In this document: piece after piece, positions 11,154 to 19,851 of the stretch
How the letters are laid out: each line of letters opens with the position of its first letter
Position numbering within the stretch: position 1 is the first letter of the stretch
DNA from: Chiloscyllium plagiosum
Taxonomy: Eukaryota
Reading direction: 5' to 3'
Assembly: GCF_004010195.1 (NCBI RefSeq)
Contig: NC_057720.1
Span: 33,822,311 to 33,842,310, forward strand
Length of the DNA stretch: 20,000 bases
Translations under genes and position numbers: made by a program
The notes under the pieces: generated by a model
Database searches by the model: none
Told to the model about the DNA's origin: nothing
The model's input: the letters and a program-made list of their open reading frames with translations, nothing else

Positions 11154-11163
11154 TCCCCCTTTT
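11154..11163 (-). other. Polypurine tract (PPT)
   Basis: Minus strand AAAAGGGGGA followed by CT and then the TGT start of the 3' LTR. Confidence 0.9.
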
Positions 11164-11195
11164 GGTCTCATAAAAATGAGACCAACCAACCAGTT

Positions 11196-13295
11196 CTATA
11201 CATCACATTCGCTCTCCGATGCATAGTCTTCCCTTCTTGCCAGAGCCATGGTTTCCGTCTCCATCTGTGACATCTGGTAGGACGGGGGAGCCTTCCCTTC
11301 AATTGCTATAATAATTACCCTGTTTAACAAAGATCTAATACAGGGAATACAACAACATCCGCACAACACTAACACAATAATCATACCACCGAGGGACATA
11401 AACACAGAGGCAATTAATCCTTTCCATTTCCCAAACCATGAATCAAAAATGCCTCCTAGAGGGTTGTCAATACTGGACTGTTCATGCATTTCTTCAGACA
11501 AGGTTCTTAATCCTTCCAGGGCTCTGGTTACCGAGCCATCAGGTGCTGTATTGTTGGGGATGACGTACAACATTGGTCTCTGAACATAGAGCACACTCCC
11601 CCCTTTTCTGCTAGCAACATATCTAAAGCCATTCTATTTTGCACTGTCATCAATGAAGTCGCTGCCAATTGTTCAGAGAGTCCCACCACCGCATCTCTAG
11701 TTCTATTGGCTAGCCTGAGAACATTGTAAAATACATAATTAATTTGGTCAACGTTTTTATTCTGCGTAACTGGAAATAAAACACCGATAATTGGGAGATT
11801 CTCAAATCCTGCTGCTTATCTGGTCTGCCAATTTATACTCATCAGGTACATCGCGGGGAACACCTATTGCATCTATGTAAGTGGTCGAGCCAGATGTGAC
11901 ATCAAACAAATCTCTGCGAATTCGTGTGTACGGATTTATTCCCTGTTGTCGTTCTCCTAAGAGGAATAAGGGTACCCCTAACCTAACCATTGCACAGGTT
12001 CCAGACCAATCTGGAGGTAGGCTAATATGCAGTGTTCTATCTCCACAGTACCAAAAAAGATCAGCTCTGGCCCAAACCATTGTGCTAGCGTTCTGCCAGC
12101 GGGTTACATTAATTGTATCCTGACACCAGTCAGCGGGCATGTCTCCCAAGACAATATTTGACTTTCAAGCAAAACACGTATAATTGTTGGCCCTTGGTGT
12201 AAACACTGGAGGCAGCGTGGAATTCTTTACAGGTGGGAAAATAGCACTTAATGTAGTACAATTTGGAGGGTCCGCCTGCATAGTCAGGGCCAACATGCAG
12301 TGAAATCCTATTGGGTCTATATTAGGGAACAATGGGGCCGGGGTAGTAAATAGGATTGGCTTTGCCAAGGAACATGCGACGCAATTACTCATATTCATTG
12401 AGGTTGCGGTCGCTGTCATCCAGTCTAGCCATAAGTTCTTGTCCCCATACCCGGTAGCTAATTTAATAATCTCCCTTCTCGTAAGGCTGTTGTGGTCTAT
12501 CACCACAACTCCTGAACTTGGTTCTACCTCCATACTTGTATTTTCAGTTTGTGGCTGGCTCATAGGAGGGTCCACTAAGGTTACCTTCAATAATCCCATG
12601 TTATCCACTCCAGACTGATCTACACCTATGACAAGATAAAAGCTTCTGTCATCACTCTCACAGTAAATCTGTACCTCTTTTGGACTAGGATTAATATCAA
12701 ATTTTGTCAGGGTTAACAAAAGTGGATTTTTTAGTTCTGAAGAATGATCGAGTTGCCCCTTTGTCAGGCTCACATGATCTGGGATGTTCCATCTATTATC
12801 CGAAGGTGACGACCTCTTGGGGGTCCATCGTACCCCAGTCCATGTTAATACATTATCCCACGACGGGCATGGGTCATAGTAAATGGCATAGAAACAGAGG
12901 TATACATCATACTCCCTCCAGCTCCCTATATCTTTGCCACAATCAATTACTTCGCATAAATCAAACTGATATGTTGTACCATGATTTCTATCGTGTCTGA
13001 TGTGCACCTGGCTCCTCATCTCCCTTAAACATTTATCCGCCTCTTGTCCTACTACTCTTTTGTTCCTGGAACTTCCTCCCTCGCCTGTGTGTTTGTCCCT
13101 CGTTGTTAATACTCCTATTAACAGCAGCATAACACTCATACATAAGACAATAGCAAAGACTCCCAACCTCCACAGCCTAAGGTAATGTGGGCTGCTTACA
13201 GAGATAAACATTATATCCTTTACACAACTTTGCCTAGAAATCTTGAGAACCTCTCCCCCTTTTTCCAAAACCTTCTTCGTACAAACATTCAACAT
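11196..13295 (-). pseudogene. env: env (gamma-type envelope glycoprotein), disrupted
   Basis: Hydrophobic leader LGVFAIVLCMSVMLLLIGVL, RNKR (13056-13067), CVAC CXXC (12372-12383), RIRR SU/TM site (11913-11924), YIDAIGVPRDVPDEYKL, ISD VQNRMALDMLLAEKGGVC (about 11591-11644), CX6CC, TM anchor and CGCCCIPC cluster. Lesions: in-frame TGA at 12165-12167 and frameshifts at about 11816 and 11563. The start may be the ATG at 13295 or at 13211. Confidence 0.93.
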
Positions 13296-13306
13296 TTAGG
13301 ACCCTT

Positions 13307-13800
13307 CTACTCGTTTTCTGTTCTTATTTGTTCTAAAGTTCTCGTTGGCGGTTCCTTATGGACTGATTCATTCTTTCCACTTTTCCCTGTGACTGAGGAT
13401 GGTATACTGTTCCAAACGCATGTTTCAGTCCTAAAGCTGCTTCAACTTCTTGCAGGTCTTTATTCTTAAATTGTGTGCCATTATCTGACCTGACTTTCTT
13501 TGGAAACCCATGCGTTGGAATATATTGGTTTATCAAGAATTTGATCACTGTCTTTGCATCTTCCTTTTTCGCAGGTATTGCTTCTGGCCAACCAGTATAT
13601 GCATCCACTACTACCAAAAGGTACCCATTATATTGTGTACACGTTCTACATTCCCTGATATAATTTTCAATCATCGCTGGCAAGAACGGATGCCACCAAT
13701 GTGTCAGATGCCTCTGCATCTGTGTTTTTCCACAAAGTGTGAGCCCATGAGCCTCCTGAAGCATAAAAGCTATCAAACCTGGGGGTAGCACTGGTCTACC
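13307..13800 (-). pseudogene. pol: pol integrase, internally deleted
   Basis: HGLTL...CRTC (second His of HHCC lost), YLLVVVDAYTGWPEAIP, SDNG and YHPQSQGKVERMN. The segment with the first catalytic Asp and most of the C-terminal part are missing. A probable natural end EPPTRTLEQIRTENE* (TAG 13307-13309) lies in another frame. Confidence 0.9.
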
Positions 13801-13969
13801 GTCCGGTGAGCTCCAAATCCCTTCTGACTCTGTGGCCCCTCTCTCTCTCTCTCCATACTGTCAGTTCATGAGGAGAGGCTTTCTGCTGCTCTTTTATTAA
13901 CACATTCGCATTGCAAGCAGGCAGCAGGTCATACACTGTTCTCTCTGTTTGCATCATTATATACTGTGG

Positions 13970-14490
13970 TGTATACCCTGCTGCTTTCTTTGCTGCTGAG
14001 TCTGCTTCCTGATTGCCCTTCGCTACTACTGTATCTGCTTTATCATGTCCTCTACACTTGACCACCGCCACTTCTGCAGGTTTCATCAGGGCCTCCGCTA
14101 ATCTTTTCATATCTTTTTCATGTTTAATTGGGGTTTTTGCTGCTGTTAAGAATCCTGCCCTGATCCATTGACTAAGTTCTACCTGTATGGCCCCTGCTAC
14201 ATATGCAGAGTCGGTATAGATATTTACTCTTTTTCCCTCTGACCATTCTAACGCAGCTATCATTGCCTGTAGTTCAGCCAACTGAGCTGATTCTTTGCCT
14301 GTAGTTCAGCCAACTGGGCTGATTCTTTGCCTGTCACTTTTCCTGTCAACACTTCCTCAAATCCCTCACTTGTCTGTCGCACCACTGCATAGGCTGCTTT
14401 AAGTCCTTCAATTGGATGTCTGTAACAGCAACGATCTGTGAACAGCACTTCTTCTGGGTCTACTAATGGAATTGCCTGTAAATCTGCCCT
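13970..14490 (-). pseudogene. pol: pol RNase H, frameshifted
   Basis: LFTD..., SAQLAEL, VNIYTDSAY, KCRGH and GNQEAD. Split by a 32-bp tandem duplication at 14263-14326. Confidence 0.92.
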
Positions 14491-16400
14491 AACTTTGCTC
14501 ACAGATGTGTGGCTCTCCTTCTCCCATATTATCAGCCATGTTAATTCCTTCATGTGTAAAAACTATATGTGGTGCATTCAAGATTTTCTCTAACCTAGTT
14601 TGCCGCAGTGACGTCATTGTAAAGGCTGTTGAGTTCACATAGGCCACTATACTATGTGTCGTTAGTACTGTTAATGAATGGCCCATGACTATATGTGCTA
14701 CCTTTTGGAGAATTTTTGCTACCCCTGCTGCATTTCTTGTACATGGCGGGTGTCTGTCCTCTACTGGGTCAAGAGTAACACTTACATACATCAGCACTTG
14801 CCTGCCTCCCCCTTTTTTCTGAAAAAGAACACCATTTATTGTGTGTAATCTTTCAGAAATATCGAGGAAAAATGGCTCTTTGTAATCCGGGACCGCTAAA
14901 TCAGCAGCCCGCGTTAAGGCCTGTTTGAGAGATATGAAACTTTCGTCTGCCTCCGTAGTCCACTGCAAATGGGCCGACAAATTTCTTATACCTTGCTCAT
15001 TTACCATGGCCCTTAGAGGGAAAGTGAGCTCCCCATATGATGCAATGAATTGTCTACTATAGCCTGCCAACCCAAGAAAGGAGAGCATGTCTTTTACAGT
15101 GACTGGTTTGGTATGATGCAGAATGGAGGATCTATGGGACGGAGACACACCTGTTCCCTTAGCAGAAATAATTCTAAGCAGAAAAGACACCGTTTGTCTG
15201 CAGCATTGCAATTTAACCCGTGAGACTTTAAAACCGACACTATACAGGTGAAACAGCAACGACTTTGTGGCTTCCAAACAAGAAACATGATCGGGTGCTG
15301 CCAAAAGAATGTCATCCACATACTGGATCAATACCACCCCCTTTGGGAGCGTCAGATCCTTCAGCTGCTGTTTCAGTACCTGATTAAACANNNNNNNNNN
15401 NNNNNNNNNNNNNNNNNNNNNNNNNNNNNNNNNNNNNNNNNNNNNNNNNNNNNNNNNNNNNNNNNNNNNNNNNNNNNNNNNNNNNNNNNNNNNNNNNNNN
15501 NNNNNNNNNNNNNNNNNNNNNNNNNNNNNNNNNNNNNNNNNNNNNNNNNNNNNNNNNNNNNNNNNNNNNNNNNNNNNNNNNNNNNNNNNNNNNNNNNNNN
15601 NNNNNNNNNNNNNNNNNNNNNNNNNNNNNNNNNNNNNNNNNNNNNNNNNNNNNNNNNNNNNNNNNNNNNNNNNNNNNNNNNNNNNNNNNNNNNNNNNNNN
15701 NNNNNNNNNNNNNNNNNNNNNNNNNNNNNNNNNNNNNNNNNNNNNNNNNNNNNNNNNNNNNNNNNNNNNNNNNNNNNNNNNNNNNNNNNNNNNNNNNNNN
15801 NNNNNNNNNNNNNNNNNNNNNNNNNNNNNNNNNNNNNNNNNNNNNNNNNNNNNNNNNNNNNNNNNNNNNNNNNNNNNNNNNNNNNNNNNNNNNNNNNNNN
15901 NNNNNNNNNNNNNNNNNNNNNNNNNNNNNNNNNNNNNNNNNNNNNNNNNNNNNNNNNNNNNNNNNNNNNNNNNNNNNNNNNNNNNNNNNNNNNNNNNNNN
16001 NNNNNNNNNNNNNNNNNNNNNNGAACGCATTGGCCAGATCAATGCACGAGAACCACTTATGGTCAGGGGTCAGCACAGACATTGCAGTGTAAGGGTTTGG
16101 AACTGGAACTGTTGGAGTAGAAACAACACTATTAATCCGTCGAAGATCATGCGCCATCCTATATCTACCGGTATTCTGCTTCTCTACAGGTAAGATAGGG
16201 GTGTTTCAGGCTGACTGGGAGGGTTCTAGCACCCCTGCTGCTAACAACACTTCAATTGTGTCGGCAATACCGGCTTCAGCCTCTGGTTTATGTGAATATT
16301 GTCTCTGCCAAATCGGAGTGTGGTCTATTAATTCAAATGTGATTGGTGTGACGTGTTTACAGTAACCAACGTCCGTTGAACTTGCTGACCACAAGGTATC
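14491..16400 (-). pseudogene. pol: pol reverse transcriptase plus tether/connection domain (spans gap 15391-16022)
   Basis: LWS..STDVG, QRQY, S(A)*NTPILPVEK (TGA at 16206-16208 where Trp is expected), YRMAHDLRRIN, PVPNPY, FSCIDLANAF, LIQYVDDILLA (YVDD at 15311-15322), GFKVS and FLGLAGYSRQFI. Confidence 0.95.
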
Positions 16401-16479
16401 TGGTAGAGTATCAAGCATCGCTACAGCCTGTGGATGATCTGTTTTTTCCCTGCCATGAAACCTTTCAATCTGCCTATGT

Positions 16480-16950
16480 TCCAGCAGTACCTTATCAGTT
16501 GTACTATACATAATTCTATAGACTTCCTCTGATGGTGAATATTGTAAACCGGGTAACTGAGTCCACACCCAGTCCGTTAGCACCATCAAGCGTTTGGACA
16601 TAAGTCCCAGATCCTTGGCCTGATATTCAGCATGCACGGCCAATGTGACATGAGGTATAGCTTCTTCAGACATCTCATACCATTCCAACTGTTCTGCAAT
16701 TAGTTCAACAACACCCGCCACACCTTCTTTTCTGAGCAGAATGTAACTGGAGGAAATATCCCATTGAGTCCCTTCTAGGTGCTGATAGAATGCATGCTGA
16801 TAAATTTCATTATCATCTCTATCATTATATAAGGTAACATGAAGGGGATTGCAGGAGGAGCTTAGGGGTGCAGCATCTGAACCCAGGGTTGCCATTGATT
16901 GTATAAAGACTGTATGCCGTTGTTTTGCCTGTTTTCGGGTTCGAGAAGTC
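16480..16950 (-). pseudogene. 2H phosphoesterase (CNPase-like) domain inserted between protease and RT
   Basis: Two HxT motifs 63 residues apart, LHVTL (16833-16841) and PHVTLAV...AKDLG (16644-16652), in the same reading frame as the RT N-terminus. Confidence 0.8.
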
Positions 16951-17259
16951 CCCGCATCTCACCAGCAAGTCACGTCCCATCAAATTCACGGGGCATGCAG
17001 GTGATGAAATATACTGGTGATGAAAGGTCTGTCTGGCCACTGATGTGATCAGTGGCGATGTCAAAGGCAGATTTTCTGGTTTACCCGAGAACCCTACTAA
17101 CTGGACGCTAAAGGATGACATGCTTGACCGAGGTATATCACAAGTGATGGTAGAAAATCTTGCCCCTGTGTCAACCAAAAAAGACAGATTCTTGTCCATT
17201 ACCCTCATTTGCATATAGGGGTCTGCCAACCCCACATGCCCCTGGGTTCTCGGGCCCCG
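16951..17259 (-). pseudogene. pro: Retroviral aspartic protease
   Basis: FLVDTGA (DTGA at 17161-17172), flap VQLVGFSG and CPVNLMGRDLL. In frame with gag behind a single TGA. Confidence 0.93.
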
Positions 17260-19203
17260 TCAATATTCGTACCCCTGCCCTTCCAGGATCGTTTGGGGGT
17301 ACTGTCCTTGCACTGGGGCTGCAGCTGCATTTGGAACTTGGTAAGGGTGAACAGCCTGTTGAAAAGGAGGCTGACTTACATGGACATACTGTCCTCGGAT
17401 TAGTCCCTGGCCTCCCTCGGTTCCCCACAACATGGGACAATCCCTTCTCCAATGCCCCGGTTGGCCACATTCAAAACAGGTGTTGGGTGGCTGACCTCTG
17501 AATCCTCCGCGGCCCCTTCCTCTACCACGCATTCCTCCGGGAACACCTATAGGTCTGCCCCCATATTGGGGGTAGGGTGGCATCCAATCAGGTGTTGGGT
17601 CTAAACTCGGCGGGTTGTTTTGTGGTAACGGCCGCTGAACCATCTGATTAGTCGTCTTTTGGGAGGCCTCATTTGTATCATTAGCCTTCCTCCTAGCCTC
17701 ATCGAGCTGTAACTTCAGCAACTGCACTTGAGCTGACTCATTGCTCTGTTTATCTTCATCCTGTTTTGTCCTGTAACGCTTCATGTGGTGCATCAAGTGT
17801 TTCTCCCACCGTTCTGTAGAACAACCTGGGATATCAGGATTACTCTCCATTGCCTCTTTTACTTCCTTAGGCATCCCTGCCATAATGGACACCTAGCCAA
17901 AAAGGCAGGCATATCCTCACCCTCCTTCATTGTGAAGNNNNNNNNNNNNNNNNNNNNNNNNNNNNNNNNNNNNNNNNNNNNNNNNNNNNNNNNNNNNNNN
18001 NNNNNNNNNNNNNNNNNNNNNNNNNNNNNNNNNNNNNNNNNNNNNNNNNNNNNNNNNNNNNNNNNNNNNNNNNNNNNNNNNNNNNNNNNNNNNNNNNNNN
18101 NNNNNNNNNNNNNNNNNNNNNNNNNNNNNNNNNNNNNNNNNNNNNNNNNNNNNNNNNNNNNNNNNNNNNNNNNNNNNNNNNNNNNNNNNNNNNNNNNNNN
18201 NNNNNNNNNNNNNNNNNNNNNNNNNNNNNNNNNNNNNNNNNNNNNNNNNNNNNNNNNNNNNNNNNNNNNNNNNNNNNNNNNNNNNNNNNNNNNNNNNNNN
18301 NNNNNNNNNNNNNNNNNNNNNNNNNNNNNNNNNNNNNNNNNNNNNNNNNNNNNNNNNNNNNNNNNNNNNNNNNNNNNNNNNNNNNNNNNNNNNNNNNNNN
18401 NNNNNNNNNNNNNNNNNNNNNNNNNNNNNNNNNNNNNNNNNNNNNNNNNNNNNNNNNNNNNNNNNNNNNNNNNNNNNNNNNNNNNNNNNNNNNNNNNNNN
18501 NNNNNNNNNNNNNNNNNNNNNNNNNNNNNNNNNNNNNNNNNNNNNNNNNNNNNNNNNNNNNNNNNNNNNNNNNNNNNNNNNNNNNNNNNNNNNNNNNNNN
18601 NNNNNNNNNNNNNNNNNNNNNNNNNNNNNNNNNNNNNNNNNNNNNNNNNNNNNNNNNNNNNNNNNNNNNNNNNNNNNNNNNNNNNNNNNNNNNNNNNNNN
18701 NNNNNNNNNNNNNNNNNNNNNNNNNNNNNNNNNNNNNNNNNNNNNNNNNNNNNNNNNNNNNNNNNNNNNNNNNNNNNNNNNNNNNNNNNNNNNNNNNNNN
18801 NNNNNNNNNNNNNNNTTTCTACCGCCATACAGGCTAACATCATGTTGTGCAGATGAATCCTCCTCTCTTCTTTCTCCCCGCCTTCTTTTGTCCATTTTCT
18901 TCTAACTAATATTGACCCTTTCTTTCCCTTCATGTGCTCTTCTACTTCTAATTTAGCTTGCTCTTCTGATTTTCCTAACAACAGTGACAATTTCTTCCTC
19001 TCCTCATCTTTAGGGACTTTGCCCTGTTTCTGTAATTCCTCCCAAATCTTATCATATTTCTCCATCATTATTTTTTGTTTACTCTTTGCAAGCCCACTGA
19101 CTAACTGACTTCTGGCTTTACCCCACTGCTGTTTTACGGGCAACATTAAATCGGAAGAACATCCTCCGTATTCTTCACACTCTTTATCAAACTCCCCTTC
19201 CAT
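17260..19203 (-). pseudogene. gag: gag (spans gap 17938-18815)
   Basis: ATG at 19203 in strong Kozak context (AAAATGG), charged helical N-terminus, MHR-like FTMKEGEDMPAFLARC (about 17889-17936, out of frame with the downstream part), RG-rich stretch, single CCHC knuckle CFECGQPGHWRRDC (17437-17478), and stop TGA at 17260-17262. Confidence 0.88.
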
Positions 19204-19735
19204 TTTATGTATTTTTATTTTAATCCTCCCGTCCAGTAGTCAGTTGGTTTGGATATAAATATAACTGAGCAACCAACCCAATCAAAGACAAAGCCGGTGG
19301 CTGGTCAGTTTGGATGGAGTACACCCGAGCAACTGACCCTTTCAGTGAGATTTACCAGCAGTTTCGTTGTCACCGTTAGGTTTCCACTACCGACTCTCTC
19401 TCACTGAAACACCACCGTCTCTGTCTTCAAAACACTACTGGCTTTTCTACCACCCTCCGGACATTCCCCAATATATTTCTTAAAACTTACAACACATCAA
19501 TCATAAACCAAAATTTGTGAGCGTTGCTTTTATGAGATCCTGCTCAATGGACTTTAAACCTCCTCACACATATGTACCTTGTTGCTTTTATGAGGACTCT
19601 AACCCCACGGGACTTTAAACCTGTACGTACCTTATCAATACTTTGTCCACTTACTATTACTAGGACACTTGCAGTATAATGATAACAATCAATTTAGTAT
19701 CTCCAATTGCAGAACTCCGATATAAACAGGCGTCT

Positions 19736-19744
19736 GCTCACCTT
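19736..19744 (-). promoter_or_regulatory. Candidate major splice donor
   Basis: AAG|GTGAGC on the minus strand, about 90 nt downstream of the PBS and upstream of gag. Confidence 0.55.
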
Positions 19745-19830
19745 TTTATGCGGCGCCGCTTGTTGTTGTCATCAAACGTCAGTTGTCCGTTGTTTGTATT
19801 TTTCTCTCTTTCCGTCACTTCGCCATCTTC

Positions 19831-19848
19831 ATCACGTCGGGGTCACCA
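19831..19848 (-). other. Primer binding site, tRNA-Trp
   Basis: Minus strand TGGTGACCCCGACGTGAT, 3 nt after the 5' LTR end. It is complementary to the 3' 18 nt of vertebrate tRNA-Trp and is the same sequence as the RSV/ALV PBS. Confidence 0.92.
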
Positions 19849-19851
19849 ATT

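Noticed and set aside
12165..16208. APOBEC-type G-to-A hypermutation
   Set aside because: Only one clear TGG-to-TGA change (16206). The env stop fits CGA-to-TGA, and most other Trp codons are intact.
17560..17590. Gag late domain in WMPPYPQY
   Set aside because: It does not match PPxY, P(T/S)AP or YPxL. Any true late domain may be in the gap.
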